A stretch of DNA of 56,011 bases from Mycoplasmatota bacterium (GTDB lineage: Bacteria; Bacillota_I; Bacilli_A; RF39; UBA660): the NCBI GenBank assembly GCA_044432805.1, contig JAWXUI010000004.1:1-56011 (forward strand), read 5' to 3'. The notes under the pieces were generated by a model that saw only the letters and a program-made list of their open reading frames with translations, was not told where the DNA came from and ran no database searches. Made by a program: the position numbers and the translations under genes. Of the stretch, positions 45,158-56,011 are shown in pieces. Every line of letters starts with the position of its first letter. Within the stretch, counting starts at the first letter, position 1.

Positions 45158-45520
45158 ATGGCAAAATTTACAAAAGATGAATTTATTAATGGTTTAAAAG
45201 AAATGACTATTCTTGAAGTTAAAGAATTAGTTGACGCAATGAAAGAAGAATTTGGTGTTGATCCAAGTGCAGTAGCAGTAGCAGCAGCACCTGTAGCAGC
45301 TGAAGAAGCAAACACAACAGTAACAGTTACATTAACTGCAGCTGGAGCAAATAAAATTGCTGTAATTAAATTAGTTCGTGAAATCACTGGACTAGGATTA
45401 AAAGAAGCAAAAGACGTTGCAGATAACGGTGGAGCTATCAAAGAAAACATTTCTAAAGAAGACGCTGAAGAATTAAAAGCTAAATTTACTGAAGCTGGAG
45501 CAACAGTAGAAGTTAAATAA
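45158..45520 (+). CDS. rplL: 50S ribosomal protein L7/L12
   Basis: Ala-rich hinge [14 protein letters not shown]-terminal [21 protein letters not shown].....[21 protein letters not shown]. Confidence 0.95.
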   Translation: MAKFTKDEFINGLKEMTILEVKELVDAMKEEFGVDPSAVAVAAAPVAAEEANTTVTVTLTAAGANKIAVIKLVREITGLGLKEAKDVADNGGAIKENISKEDAEELKAKFTEAGATVEVK

Positions 45521-45528
45521 TTAAAATG

Positions 45529-45551
45529 ACTGTATTTAATACAGTTTTTTT
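45529..45551 (+). terminator. terminator after rplL
   Basis: ACTGTAT-tta-ATACAGT followed by T7. Confidence 0.85.
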
Positions 45552-45586
45552 ATTACAAAATTATGATAAAAAAATCATAAAAATAC

Positions 45587-45615
45587 TTTACATTAATATT
45601 ATTATTTGTTATAAT
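45587..45615 (+). promoter_or_regulatory. promoter for methyltransferase-rpoB-rpoC
   Basis: TTTACA (45587-92), 17 nt spacer, TGtTATAAT (TATAAT 45610-15). Confidence 0.65.
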
Positions 45616-45740
45616 CAATTTTGTAGCAATATTTCTTGGAATTAGGAGCTGGTCCTATGGTAATAATTAATTTTTAAAAGAAACATTTTAAACCTGTACT
45701 TTTTAGTATGGGTTTTAATCGTCTAAAAAGAAGGTGTATT

Positions 45741-46328
45741 ATGAGCTATTATTTTTCAAATGATGAAAACCTAAAAAGCGAAGAAAAACAATACGATACT
45801 ATGATTAATGGTATTAAATTTTCTTTCATAACAGACAATGGAGTTTTTTCTAAAAATAAATTAGACTTTGGGACAAGATCCTTGTTAGAAAATATTGATG
45901 ATATAAAAGGAGACGTCCTTGATATCGGATGTGGATATGGTCCTATAGGAATCTATATTGCTAAAAAATTCAATCTAATACCAGACATGATTGATATTAA
46001 TAAAAGAGGGCTTAAACTTGCAAAAAAAAATGCCGAACTTAATAAAGTTGAGGTAAATATTTTTGAAAGTGATATTTATGAAGCTGTTAAAAAAAGATAC
46101 GACTTTATAATCAGCAACCCACCAATTAGGGTAGGAAAAAGGGTGTTATATCAATTATTATTTGAAGCGAAAAACCATTTAAAAGAAAATGGACAGCTAA
46201 TAATAGTAATTAACAAAGACCAAGGAGCTAAATCATTAATTAAAGATTTAGAAAAAGACTACAAAATTGCTAGCATAAACAAAAACAAAGGATTTTTTGT
46301 TATATGCGCCGTAAATAATTTTCAATAA
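45741..46328 (+). CDS. class I SAM-dependent methyltransferase (RsmC/YbxB-type, small-domain)
   Basis: FGTR.LLE, VLDIGCGYGPIG and ISNPPI. Position between rplL and rpoB as B. subtilis ybxB. ATG 45741 follows AAGGTG. Confidence 0.8.
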   Translation: MSYYFSNDENLKSEEKQYDTMINGIKFSFITDNGVFSKNKLDFGTRSLLENIDDIKGDVLDIGCGYGPIGIYIAKKFNLIPDMIDINKRGLKLAKKNAELNKVEVNIFESDIYEAVKKRYDFIISNPPIRVGKRVLYQLLFEAKNHLKENGQLIIVINKDQGAKSLIKDLEKDYKIASINKNKGFFVICAVNNFQ

Positions 46329-46405
46329 AATTGATAATTATTAATCTAACTTATTTTAAAAATGCCAAAATAAGTATAAGTAAAATAGTGTACAGGGGTG
46401 AATGA

Positions 46406-49400
46406 ATGGCTTATAAAGAAATAAAATATGGTGATCACCGTAATCGTAGAAGTTATGCAAAATCGGATAACGCAATTGAATTATCTAACCTTTTAGAAGT
46501 TCAAAAAAAATCTTATGATTGGTTTATAACAGAAGGTATGAAAGATGTTTTAACTGATATTTTTCCAGTAGAAAGCTTTACAGGGAATTTAACATTAGAA
46601 TTCGGAGAATACTTCTTTGATCAACCAAGATACTCAATTAAAGAGTGTAAAGAAAGAGACTCTACTTTTGCATCTCCAATTAAAGTAGCCGCAAGATTAT
46701 TTAATGGGGAAACAGGAGAAGTAAAAGAACAAGAAATTTATTTAGGTGACATGCCTATAATGACAGACTCAGGAACATTTGTAATAAATGGTGCTGAACG
46801 TGTAATCGTATCGCAATTAGTGCGTTCTCCTTCTGCTTATTATGCAAGAGAAAACGATAAAAACGGAAGAAAAGTTGTAACAGCGCAAATAATTCCAACA
46901 AGAGGAACATGGTTAGAATATGAAACTGACGCAAGAGATGTAATATATGTAAGAATTGATAGAACTCGTAAAGTTCCAATTACTACATTACTTCGTGCCA
47001 TTGGATTATCAAACGATGAAGATATCGTTGAATTATTTGGAGAAAGTTTAAACTTATCTAAAACAATAGAAAAAGATGTTAATAAAAATACAGATGAAGC
47101 ATTAATTGATATTCACTCTAAATTAAGACCAGGTGAACCTTCAACTTTAGATAGTGCTAAAAACCAATTGATTTCTAGATTTTTTGACGCATTTAAATAT
47201 GACTTAGCAAGAGTAGGACGTTATAAATATAATAAAAAATTAAATGTAGCGGACCGTTTACTAAACTCTAAAATAGCTGAAGATATAATTTTAAATGACA
47301 AAATTATAGTTGAAAAAGGTAATACAGTAACAAAAGAAAATATTGAAGCAGTAAAAGAAGCGTTAGCAGCTGGATTTGGTGTTAAAGAAGTTTTAATTAA
47401 TGAAGATTTAGATACTTATAATAAAGTACAAATTGTTAAAATATACTCAAATATTGATCCTGAAAAAGTTATTAATGTAATTGGTAATGATCAAAGTATA
47501 GAAGAAAAAAGATTAACTATTTCTGATATATATGCATCAGTATCATATTATTTAAACTTAATTGAAAATGTTGGTAATGTTGATGAAATAGACCACTTAT
47601 CAAACCGTCGTGTTCGTCAAGTTGGTGAATTATTACAAAACCAATTTAGAATTGGTATTAGCAGAATTGAACGTGTTATTAGAGATAGAATGAGTACTCA
47701 AGAAATAACTGAAGTAACTCCAAAAACTCTAATAAATATCAGACCATTAACAGCAGCTATTAAAGAATTCTTTGGTAGTAGCCAATTATCACAATTCATG
47801 GATCAAACTAACCCAATCGCCGAACTTGCTCATAAAAGAAGATTATCAAGTTTAGGTTCTGGTGGATTATCAAGAGACAGAGCTGGTATGGAAGTACGTG
47901 ACGTTAACGCATCACACTATGGAAGACTTTGCCCAATCGAATCTCCAGAAGGACAAAATATCGGACTTATCACTTCTTTAGCATCTTATGCAAGAGTAAA
48001 TGAATATGGATTTATTATGACTCCATATAGAAAAGTTAACGATACAAAATTATCAGAAGAAATTATTTATATGACTGCTGATGAAGAATTAGATTATTAC
48101 ATTTCACAAGCAACAGTAAATTTAACTGAAGATGAATGTATAAAAGACGAACGTGTTCCTGTTAGATATCGTGGAGAAACTATTCTTGTAAATAAAGAAC
48201 AAGTTGACTTTATTGATGTATCAGCGCAACAAGTTGTATCTATTACAACATCAGGAATTCCATTCCTAGAACACGATGATGGAAAAAGAGCATTGATGGG
48301 TGCCAACATGCAACGTCAAGCAATACCTTTATTAAAAGCAGAAGCACCATTAGTAGGTACTGGTATCGAAGCAATTGCTGCAAGAGACTCAGGAGCTGTA
48401 ATTATGGCCAAAGCTGATGGAATTGTTGACTATGTTGACTCTAAAAAAATAATTATAAAAACTAAAGGTGGAAAAGATGTATATCATTTAAATTCATTTG
48501 AAAGATCAAATGCCGGAACATGTTATCATCAACGACCAATCGTAAAAGTAAATGATAAAATAGCTAGAGGTGTAGTTATTGCTGATGGACCATCAACTGA
48601 ATTAGGTGAAATGGCATTAGGAAGAAACGTAACTGTAGCATTCATGAACTATAATGGATATAATTATGAAGATGCCATCATTTTAAATGAAACTTTAGTA
48701 AGAGATGATGTTTATACATCAATTCATATAGAAGATTATCAAATAGAATGTCGTGACACTAAATTAGGACCAGAAGAATTTACAAGAGATATCCCAAATG
48801 TGGGAGAAGAAGCTCGTAAAAACTTAGATGAAAACGGAATCGTTAGAATCGGTACTGAAGTTGGAGACGACGATATATTAGTAGGGAAAGTAACACCTAA
48901 AGGTATGGCTGAACTTACTAGTGAAGAAAAATTATTACACGCTATCTTTGGTGAAAAAACTAGAGAAGTAAGAGATACTTCATTACGTGTATCACACGGT
49001 GGAGGCGGAATCGTTCACGATGTTAAAATATTTACAAAAGAAAATTGTGACGAATTAAGCGCCGGTGTATCTATGAGAGTAAGAGTTTATATAGCTCAAA
49101 AACGTAAAATTACTGTTGGAGATAAAATGGCTGGACGTCATGGTAATAAAGGTGTTATTTCATTAGTATTACCAAGTGAAGATATGCCTTACATGGCTGA
49201 TGGTAGACAAGTAGATATATTATTAAATCCACTTGGAGTTCCATCGCGTATGAATATTGGACAAATATTAGAAATGCATTTAGGTGCAGCAGCAAAAGAA
49301 TTAAACATACATGTAGCTACTCCAGTATTTAGTGGTGCTAATAGAACTGAAATCATTGATGCATTAAAAGAAGCAAACTTAGATGAAGATGGAAAAACTG

Positions 49401-50002
49401 TTCTTTATGATGGAAGAACTGGTGAACCATTTGAAAATAGAATATCTGTTGGTGTAATGTATATGATTAAACTGCATCACATGGTTGATGACAAATTACA
49501 TGCACGTGCAACTGGACCTTATAGTTTAGTAACACAACAACCACTAGGTGGTAAAGCTCAATTTGGTGGACAAAGATTTGGAGAAATGGAAGTTTGGGCA
49601 CTTTATGCTTATGGAGCTGCGCATATTTTACAAGAAATGATGACTATTAAGTCAGATGACGTTGTAGGACGTGTAAAAGTATATGAAGCATTAGTAAAAG
49701 GTGAACCAATACCAACATCTGGAATCCCAGAATCATTTAGAGTATTAGTAAAAGAATTCCAAGCATTAGGATTAGATATTACAGTACTAGATGGTGAAGG
49801 TAATTATCAAGAACTAAAAGACTTAGAAGAAGAAGAAAAAGATTTTGTAATTGGTGATTTACCTCCGGTTGAACCACCATTAGAAAAAGCAATTGAAAAA
49901 GAAATAGAACAAGAAATAGAAGAAATTGTTGAAAGTGAATCTGAAGAATTAGAAGATTTAGAGCCAACAGAAGAAGAACTTATGAAAGGGGATGAATTTT
50001 AA
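46406..50002 (+). CDS. rpoB: DNA-directed RNA polymerase subunit beta
   Basis: Full-length match to RpoB blocks ([52 protein letters not shown]). Acidic C-terminal tail. Confidence 0.98.
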   Translation: MAYKEIKYGDHRNRRSYAKSDNAIELSNLLEVQKKSYDWFITEGMKDVLTDIFPVESFTGNLTLEFGEYFFDQPRYSIKECKERDSTFASPIKVAARLFNGETGEVKEQEIYLGDMPIMTDSGTFVINGAERVIVSQLVRSPSAYYARENDKNGRKVVTAQIIPTRGTWLEYETDARDVIYVRIDRTRKVPITTLLRAIGLSNDEDIVELFGESLNLSKTIEKDVNKNTDEALIDIHSKLRPGEPSTLDSAKNQLISRFFDAFKYDLARVGRYKYNKKLNVADRLLNSKIAEDIILNDKIIVEKGNTVTKENIEAVKEALAAGFGVKEVLINEDLDTYNKVQIVKIYSNIDPEKVINVIGNDQSIEEKRLTISDIYASVSYYLNLIENVGNVDEIDHLSNRRVRQVGELLQNQFRIGISRIERVIRDRMSTQEITEVTPKTLINIRPLTAAIKEFFGSSQLSQFMDQTNPIAELAHKRRLSSLGSGGLSRDRAGMEVRDVNASHYGRLCPIESPEGQNIGLITSLASYARVNEYGFIMTPYRKVNDTKLSEEIIYMTADEELDYYISQATVNLTEDECIKDERVPVRYRGETILVNKEQVDFIDVSAQQVVSITTSGIPFLEHDDGKRALMGANMQRQAIPLLKAEAPLVGTGIEAIAARDSGAVIMAKADGIVDYVDSKKIIIKTKGGKDVYHLNSFERSNAGTCYHQRPIVKVNDKIARGVVIADGPSTELGEMALGRNVTVAFMNYNGYNYEDAIILNETLVRDDVYTSIHIEDYQIECRDTKLGPEEFTRDIPNVGEEARKNLDENGIVRIGTEVGDDDILVGKVTPKGMAELTSEEKLLHAIFGEKTREVRDTSLRVSHGGGGIVHDVKIFTKENCDELSAGVSMRVRVYIAQKRKITVGDKMAGRHGNKGVISLVLPSEDMPYMADGRQVDILLNPLGVPSRMNIGQILEMHLGAAAKELNIHVATPVFSGANRTEIIDALKEANLDEDGKTVLYDGRTGEPFENRISVGVMYMIKLHHMVDDKLHARATGPYSLVTQQPLGGKAQFGGQRFGEMEVWALYAYGAAHILQEMMTIKSDDVVGRVKVYEALVKGEPIPTSGIPESFRVLVKEFQALGLDITVLDGEGNYQELKDLEEEEKDFVIGDLPPVEPPLEKAIEKEIEQEIEEIVESESEELEDLEPTEEELMKGDEF

Positions 50003-53000
50003 TGGATGTTAATAACTTTGAAGGGTTAAAAATAGCCATCGCATCGCCAGAAAAAATAAGAGCTTGGTCGTATGGTGAGGTTAAAAAAGCCGAAACAATT
50101 AACTATCGTACTTTAAAACCAGAACGTGACGGATTATTTTGTGAAAAAATATTTGGACCTACAAAAGACTACGAATGTTCTTGTGGAAAGTATAAAAGAT
50201 TAAGATATAAAAATATCGTATGTGATAGATGTGGAGTAGAAGTAACACGTGCAAAAGTACGTCGTGAAAGAATGGGACATATTGAACTAGCTACTCCTTG
50301 TTCTCATATTTGGTTTTTTAAAGGAATTCCATCTCGTATGGGTTTAGTGCTTGATATGTCTCCAAGAGACTTAGAAGAAGTACTATACTTCGTATCTTAC
50401 GTAGTATTAGATCCAGGAGCTGCGCCTTTAGAAAAAAAACAAACTATAAGTGATAAAGAATACCGTACATACTATGAAAAATATGGAAACACATTTAGAG
50501 TAGGTATGGGAGCAGAAGCAATCAAAGAATTACTTGAACAAGTAACTGTTGAAGAAGATATTGAAAAAATAACAAAAGAAATAGAAGATATCAAAGATGC
50601 AAACAGTCAAAAAAGAATTCGTTTAGTAAAACGTTTAGATGTATTATCAGCAATTCAAACTTCTGGAAATAAACCAGAATGGATGATCTTAACGGCATTG
50701 CCAGTTATTCCTCCGGAATTAAGACCGATGATTCAATTAGATGGTGGAAGATTTGCTACATCTGATTTAAATGATTTATACAGAAGAGTAATAAACAGAA
50801 ATAATAGATTAAAAAAATTAATGGAATTAGGAGCGCCTTCAATTATCATTCAAAATGAAAAACGTATGTTGCAAGAAGCAGTAGACGCTTTAATTGATAA
50901 TGGTAGAAGAGGTAGAAATATCACAGGTGCTGGAAACAGACCATTAAAATCTTTATCTAGTATGTTAAAAGGTAAACAAGGTCGTTTTAGACAAAACTTA
51001 CTTGGTAAACGTGTTGACTATTCTGGACGTTCAGTAATCGTTGTTGGACCAAATTTAAAAATGTATGAATGTGGTATTCCAAAAGAAATGGCTTTAGAAT
51101 TATTTAAACCACATGTAATAAACGGACTTGTTTCAAAAGATATAGCATCAAATATTAAAGCTGCTAAAAAAATGATTGAAAATCAAGATCCTAGAGTTTG
51201 GAACATAGTTGAAGAAAAAATAAAAGAACACCCAGTAATGCTTAACAGAGCACCAACTCTACATAGATTAGGTATTCAAGCATTCGAACCAAAATTAATA
51301 GACGGAAGAAGTATTAGACTTCATCCACTTGTATGTGCTGCATTTAATGCTGACTTTGATGGAGACCAAATGGCTATCCACGTTCCAATTTCACAAGAAG
51401 CGCAAGCAGAAGCAAGAATATTAATGCTTGGGGCAAACAATATCTTGAAACCTTCAGATGGTAAACCAATCGTTACTCCAGGTCAAGATATGGTGCTTGG
51501 TAACTACTATATAACTATGGAAGTTCCAGGAGCTAATGGTGAAGGTAGAGTATTTAAAGATGAAAATGAAGCATTAATGGCTTATGAGAGAAAAGAATTA
51601 ACACTTCACACTCGTATAGCACTTCCTGTATCATCATTTAAATATAAAATATTCCCAGATAGCTATTTAGATAAATATTTAGTAACAACAGTAGGTAAAA
51701 TTAAATTTAATGAAATCTTCCCTGATTCATTCCAATATATCAATGATTCAAGTGTTGAAAATATCGAACGTGTTACACCAACAAAATATTTATTAGAAAA
51801 AGGTACTAATATACCAGAAGCAATTGCTTTAATGCCAATAGTAGATGCATTTAACAAAGGTATTTTATCTAAATTTATTGCACAAATCTATAAAAGATAT
51901 CATATTACTGAAACTTCAGTAATGCTTGATAAACTAAAAGATTTAGGATTTAAATATTCAACAATTGCAGGTATTTCTATATCTATTTCTGATATAAAAG
52001 AATCTGTTAAAAAACCAGTTATATTAGCTGAAGCTCAAGATTTAGTTGACTCTGTTAATAAACAATTTAAAAGAGGTTTAATAACTGATCAAGAAAGATA
52101 TGAAAAAGTTGTAAGTGTTTGGTCTGATGCCAAAAAAGAAGTTCAAAAAGAATTAGAAGAAATGGTAGTAGAAGACAGATACAATCCTATATCTATCATG
52201 ATGATGTCTAAAGCTCGTGGTGATATTAGTTCACATACACAATTAGTTGGTATGAGAGGTTTATTCTCAAAACCAAATGGTCAATCAGGTGAAATTCCAG
52301 TTAAATCTTCATTTAGTGAAGGTGTTACAATTACAGAATTCTTCTCATCTACGCATGGAGCTCGTAAAGGAGCAGTTGATACTGCCTTAAAAACAGCCAA
52401 TGCCGGGTACTTAACTCGTCGTTTAGTTGATGTAGTACAAGATGTTATTGTAAAAACAGATGATTGCCACACTGATCAAGGTGTAGTTGTTGAAGCATTT
52501 ATTAATGATAGAGATAACACAACAATCGTGTCTTTAGAAGATAGAATTATCGGAAGATACGCTAATAAAAATGTTATTGATCCAACTACAAAAGAAATTA
52601 TTGTAGCAAAAGACGAATATATAACTGAAAACATTGCAAATAAAATAGTAAAAGCAGGAATCACTAAGGTGCCTATAAGAACTGTTTTAACTTGTAAAGT
52701 TGAAAATGGTGTTTGTCAAAAATGTTATGGACGTAACTTAGCGACTGGTCAAGTTGTTGAAGTTGGAGAAGCAGTAGGTATAATGGCTGCCCAATCAATT
52801 GGGGAACCAGGAACACAACTTACAATGCGTAACTTTAACACAGGTGGAGTTGCAGGTGGAGATGATATTACTCAAGGGTTACCTCGTATCGAAGAATTAT
52901 TCGAAGCAAGAAATCCAAAAGGTAAATCAACAATTGCCGAAATAACAGGTGTTGTTACAAAAATAGAAGAAGAAAATTCAAAATATACTATTTTTGTTAA

Positions 53001-53640
53001 AAACGATGCTGAAACTCGTGAACATGTAACAAATTATGGTGTTAAATTAGCAGTAAGTGAAAATGAAGAAGTAGTTGCCGGACAAAAATTAAGTCATGGT
53101 GCTATATCTCCAAAAGAATTACTTGTAGTTACAGACCCAGTTACAGTTCAAAATTATATTTTATCTGAAACTCAAAAAGTATATAGAACACAAGGTGTTG
53201 ATATTTCTGATAAACACGTTGAAATCATTGCAAAACGTATGATATCAAAAATTAGAATTGTTAATACTGGTGATTCATATTTCTTCCCAGGGACAATGGT
53301 AAATATAAATAAATTTACAGAAATAAACAAAGAATTAATTCTAGAAGGAAAAAGACCAGCTACTGGAAGACCAGTCTTGTTAGGTATTACAAAATCTTCA
53401 CTAGAAACAGATTCATTCTTATCTGCTGCTTCATTCCAAGAAACAACACGTATCTTAACAGATGCTGCAATTCATGGAAGAGTAGATCATTTAAATGGAC
53501 TAAAAGAAAATGTTATAATTGGTAAACTTATTCCAGCTGGAACAGGTGCTAAAAAATACAAAAAAGCAGATTTCACTTTAGAAAATCCAATTTTAAGTGA
53601 TGATCCACTTGAAGCATTAGAACAAGAATTAATGGATTAA
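50002..53640 (+). CDS. rpoC: DNA-directed RNA polymerase subunit beta'
   Basis: Zn finger CSCGKY..........[20 protein letters not shown] catalytic motif. TAATG overlap with rpoB. Confidence 0.98.
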   Translation: MDVNNFEGLKIAIASPEKIRAWSYGEVKKAETINYRTLKPERDGLFCEKIFGPTKDYECSCGKYKRLRYKNIVCDRCGVEVTRAKVRRERMGHIELATPCSHIWFFKGIPSRMGLVLDMSPRDLEEVLYFVSYVVLDPGAAPLEKKQTISDKEYRTYYEKYGNTFRVGMGAEAIKELLEQVTVEEDIEKITKEIEDIKDANSQKRIRLVKRLDVLSAIQTSGNKPEWMILTALPVIPPELRPMIQLDGGRFATSDLNDLYRRVINRNNRLKKLMELGAPSIIIQNEKRMLQEAVDALIDNGRRGRNITGAGNRPLKSLSSMLKGKQGRFRQNLLGKRVDYSGRSVIVVGPNLKMYECGIPKEMALELFKPHVINGLVSKDIASNIKAAKKMIENQDPRVWNIVEEKIKEHPVMLNRAPTLHRLGIQAFEPKLIDGRSIRLHPLVCAAFNADFDGDQMAIHVPISQEAQAEARILMLGANNILKPSDGKPIVTPGQDMVLGNYYITMEVPGANGEGRVFKDENEALMAYERKELTLHTRIALPVSSFKYKIFPDSYLDKYLVTTVGKIKFNEIFPDSFQYINDSSVENIERVTPTKYLLEKGTNIPEAIALMPIVDAFNKGILSKFIAQIYKRYHITETSVMLDKLKDLGFKYSTIAGISISISDIKESVKKPVILAEAQDLVDSVNKQFKRGLITDQERYEKVVSVWSDAKKEVQKELEEMVVEDRYNPISIMMMSKARGDISSHTQLVGMRGLFSKPNGQSGEIPVKSSFSEGVTITEFFSSTHGARKGAVDTALKTANAGYLTRRLVDVVQDVIVKTDDCHTDQGVVVEAFINDRDNTTIVSLEDRIIGRYANKNVIDPTTKEIIVAKDEYITENIANKIVKAGITKVPIRTVLTCKVENGVCQKCYGRNLATGQVVEVGEAVGIMAAQSIGEPGTQLTMRNFNTGGVAGGDDITQGLPRIEELFEARNPKGKSTIAEITGVVTKIEEENSKYTIFVKNDAETREHVTNYGVKLAVSENEEVVAGQKLSHGAISPKELLVVTDPVTVQNYILSETQKVYRTQGVDISDKHVEIIAKRMISKIRIVNTGDSYFFPGTMVNINKFTEINKELILEGKRPATGRPVLLGITKSSLETDSFLSAASFQETTRILTDAAIHGRVDHLNGLKENVIIGKLIPAGTGAKKYKKADFTLENPILSDDPLEALEQELMD

Positions 53641-53654
53641 TTATATAAAATTAA

Positions 53655-53684
53655 GAAAGAAGAATAAATATTCTTCTTTTTTTT
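53655..53684 (+). terminator. rpoC terminator
   Basis: AGAAGAATA-aa-TATTCTTCT with A/T extensions and a T8 tail. Confidence 0.85.
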
Positions 53685-53711
53685 GACAAAAATTATTATT
53701 TTTTTTATAAT
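53683..53711 (+). promoter_or_regulatory. promoter for Nudix/NrtR-like gene
   Basis: TTGACA (53683-88), 17 nt spacer, TATAAT (53706-11). Confidence 0.65.
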
Positions 53712-53743
53712 GAAAATGTATTTAATACACTAAAGGAGTTACT

Positions 53744-54400
53744 ATGGATGAATATAATAATATAATAGAAACAATAGTTTCAATATTTGCTTATAAAAAC
53801 AATAAAATAGAAGTTCTTTTAATAAATAAAAAAAACGACCCATATAAAGGATATTGGGTTTTACCAAATAATTTAGTAAGTGCAAAAGAAACAATAGAAA
53901 ATAATGCATTAGAAATAATTTATCAATTAACAAACATAAAAGATATAGATTTGTATCAAAATAAAGTTTATTCTGATATATCAAGAGATAGAGACGCAAG
54001 AGTAATTGGTATGTCATTAACTGGCTTTATAAAGGAAGAAACTTTACATAAAATGATAAATATTAAAAATCTTGAAATAAAATGGTTTGATATTAATGAA
54101 ATACCGAAACTTGGATATGATCATTCAATTATTATTGCGGAAAATATTGAGCAATTAAAAACAAAGGCAAATAATATAAATACATTAAAAAATATTTTTC
54201 CATCGCTTTTTACATTGCCTGAATTATTAAATTTTTATGAAATATTATTTAATAAAAAAATAGATAGAAGAAATTTTAGTAAAAAAATGAAAAAGTTAAA
54301 TTTGGTAGTTGAAATTGGAGAAAAAAGTATTAATAAAATTGGACGCCCAGCTAATCTATATGAGTTTAATAAAGATTTGAAAGAAAATTCGATATTTTAA
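53744..54400 (+). CDS. NrtR-like protein (degenerate Nudix domain plus C-terminal winged-helix)
   Basis: GYWVLPNNLVSAKETIENNALEIIYQLTNI is a Nudix-like box lacking the full REx2EE. C-terminal FTLPELLNFYEILFNKKIDRRNFSKKM...GRPANLYEF matches the NrtR wHTH pattern. Confidence 0.6.
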   Translation: MDEYNNIIETIVSIFAYKNNKIEVLLINKKNDPYKGYWVLPNNLVSAKETIENNALEIIYQLTNIKDIDLYQNKVYSDISRDRDARVIGMSLTGFIKEETLHKMINIKNLEIKWFDINEIPKLGYDHSIIIAENIEQLKTKANNINTLKNIFPSLFTLPELLNFYEILFNKKIDRRNFSKKMKKLNLVVEIGEKSINKIGRPANLYEFNKDLKENSIF

Positions 54401-54441
54401 TAAAGTTTAATATTAGTATAAATAGAAAAGAAAAAAATTTA

Positions 54442-54470
54442 TTGATTTTTTCTTTTTTATATGGTATATT
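54442..54470 (+). promoter_or_regulatory. candidate promoter of the last gene
   Basis: TTGATT (54442-47), 17 nt spacer, TGgTATATT extended -10 (54465-70). Confidence 0.5.
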
Positions 54471-54497
54471 TATAGTAGCAGTAAGGGGGTAATATAA

Positions 54498-56011
54498 ATG
54501 AATGATGACAAATCATTTAATGCTGCCGGTATTAATGTTAATCCAACACCAAATCAAAATGTAAATCCAGTAAATGAGTTTGTTCAAACGAATTCAACAC
54601 CAAATCAAAATGTAAATCCAGCAAATGAATTTGTTCAAACGAATCCAACACCAAGTCAAAATACAAACCCAGTAAATGAGTTTGTTCAAACGAATACATT
54701 TACTAATACAAAGAATGAAAATCAAAATGTCCAAAAAGAAACAAAACAAAAAAAAGAAATAAATTTAAAATTAATAGTATTGATTTTAATTGCTATAGTA
54801 GCATCGTATTTTATTTTTATCTTTGTAAAAAACACTTTTTTCCAAAATGAAGATGTAGTTGAGTTAAATAACTTTCTTATAAGTAATGGAGAAATGTCAG
54901 CACTTTTTAGTCCGGAAGGGGAGCAACTAACAGATTTTATTTATACAGAAAATTATTCTAGTGATGTTTATAAAAACGGTAATTTGTTAGTGGAAAGAGA
55001 TGGAGTTAATGTTTTATTAAATAAAGAAGGTGTTGAAATATTTGTCCAACACGAAAGTTCTTATTTAAGTTCTTATGACTTTTTACTAAAATATACAACT
55101 ATAGGCGAGGAAGACCCTATGCAATCCGGACTATATTCAACTGATGGTAAATTAATTTATTCAGATAATTATGAAATTTTTAAATTTAATTCCTTTGTGT
55201 CTTATTATTATGGCGATGAATATATAATAATAACTGATGAATCCGATATTATAGTTTTAAATTCAAAATACACAGAAATTTTAACTTTACCACAACCAGA
55301 AGACACATTCTCGGCTTCAGAATCTGGTGATTTTCTACATTTAAAAGTAGACGGTCATTATTATATGATTGATTTAATCAAAGAAAAGATAGTATTCGAA
55401 TCAGATGATGATGAAAGCTATAAAGTTTATGTTGATAGTTATGATAATACATTACTAACATATGGAGACATTACTAAACTATATGATAGCAATTATAATG
55501 AAATTAAGTATGACAGTAATTGTCTAGAAATTTCATATGATGACGGAATATTTTATTGTAAAGAAGATTCATCATCTGAAAAAAATTATTTTAACGAAAA
55601 TTTTCAATTAATGAATTTTGATTATGATGAACTAGAAGCTATGTATTCTTATAATCATTATATATACGAGAAAGAAAATATTTATTATATCTATAAAGAT
55701 GACAAAACAATAGAGATGGATGTAACTGGAAGTTTTGACCTTGTAGGAACAAACTATATCAAAGTTGAAGTTAGTGGCGAAGATATAATAAACGTTTATA
55801 ATAATGATGGAACTTTTGTCACTTCAATAATCGATGAACAAATAAGTAGTTTCAATTATTCTAATGGTTATTTCTACACTGGTTACTGTGGTTCTTACTC
55901 AAGTGAATGTATTTATAAATTATTTTCATTAGATGGTGAGGAATTAGTTTATACTTTTGATTCTTTAACACCAACCACTAATAATTTGATTATAGCATAT
56001 ATAAAAAATAC
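54498..56011 (+). CDS. single-pass membrane protein with N-terminal Asn/Pro/Gln repeats, 3' end beyond window (not in ORF track)
   Basis: ATG 54498 follows AAGGGGG. I translated the frame by hand and it stays open to base 56011. TM segment LKLIVLILIAIVASYFIFIFV. Long Y/D/N-rich ectodomain. Confidence 0.7.
   Translation, partial: MNDDKSFNAAGINVNPTPNQNVNPVNEFVQTNSTPNQNVNPANEFVQTNPTPSQNTNPVNEFVQTNTFTNTKNENQNVQKETKQKKEINLKLIVLILIAIVASYFIFIFVKNTFFQNEDVVELNNFLISNGEMSALFSPEGEQLTDFIYTENYSSDVYKNGNLLVERDGVNVLLNKEGVEIFVQHESSYLSSYDFLLKYTTIGEEDPMQSGLYSTDGKLIYSDNYEIFKFNSFVSYYYGDEYIIITDESDIIVLNSKYTEILTLPQPEDTFSASESGDFLHLKVDGHYYMIDLIKEKIVFESDDDESYKVYVDSYDNTLLTYGDITKLYDSNYNEIKYDSNCLEISYDDGIFYCKEDSSSEKNYFNENFQLMNFDYDELEAMYSYNHYIYEKENIYYIYKDDKTIEMDVTGSFDLVGTNYIKVEVSGEDIINVYNNDGTFVTSIIDEQISSFNYSNGYFYTGYCGSYSSECIYKLFSLDGEELVYTFDSLTPTTNNLIIAYIKN
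54540..54692 (+). repeat. 3 x 51-bp in-frame tandem repeat
   Basis: Units 54540-54590, 54591-54641 and 54642-54692 encode N(P/S)TP(N/S)QN(V/T)NP(V/A)NEFVQT with a few substitutions. Confidence 0.9.

Noticed and set aside
45124-45450. Minus-strand 108-aa ORF opposite rplL. Similar antisense ORFs lie opposite thrS (12199-12585), rbgA (38347-38679), rplK/rplA/rplJ, rpoB/rpoC, and the kinase genes (10761-11251, 27796-28209).
   Set aside because: All lie entirely within strongly supported genes on the other strand. They have odd composition and no RBS. These are typical shadow ORFs.
45643-45677. Mini-ORF MVIINF with an AGGAG RBS in the leader upstream of the methyltransferase-rpoB operon (possible leader peptide or attenuator).
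   Set aside because: It is six codons with no regulatory-codon bias. The AGGA...TCCT pairing is only 4 bp. I see no alternative-structure logic, so it is probably fortuitous in AT-rich DNA.

Overview
This is an AT-rich chromosomal segment from a low-GC Bacillota-type organism. By eye it is well over two thirds A+T (not computed). It uses the standard bacterial code: Trp is TGG, TGA serves as a stop, and there is no Mollicutes-style recoding. The gene order looks closest to an Erysipelotrichia or Bacilli-like lineage, but I cannot assign a taxon from sequence alone.

The backbone is ordinary and highly conserved:
- tRNA-Ser, yidD, rnc, yebC, dnaB(Bs-type)-dnaI
- T-box-controlled thrS, tRNA-Arg, dagK, RNase J, cardiolipin synthase
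- rbgA, then the classical mrnC-rlmB-sigH-secE-nusG-rplKA-rplJL-methyltransferase-rpoB-rpoC array

Accessory material sits in two blocks.
- Block 1 (about 6.0-11.6 kb) holds an NPQTG-anchored beta-helix surface protein with its own sortase B, an unknown/GDPD gene pair, and a two-gene radical-SAM plus protein-kinase-like operon.
- Block 2 (about 23.5-37.9 kb) holds four kinase-fold genes mixed with GNAT, MBL, rhodanese and a frameshifted cutA. It also holds a tight six-gene operon (atypical kinase fold, MccF-like S66 peptidase, HExxH protein, PP-loop ATPase, DUF2419/Qng1-like protein, Nudix). It ends in decayed IS30 and RhuM remnants followed by a second radical-SAM plus methyltransferase pair.

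I found no canonical defence system, CRISPR array, rRNA or intact mobile element. The best candidates for something undescribed are the six-gene nucleotide-centred operon (29.4-35.1 kb) and the radical-SAM/kinase pair (10.0-11.6 kb). Both are hypotheses built from motifs read by eye.

Other oddities:
- an in-phase A_AAA_AAG heptamer exactly where a metallopeptidase-like gene changes frame
- a SecE with a long Lys-rich repeat extension
- a ThrRS without its TGS domain
- a ZnuA-fold lipoprotein that seems to lack metal ligands
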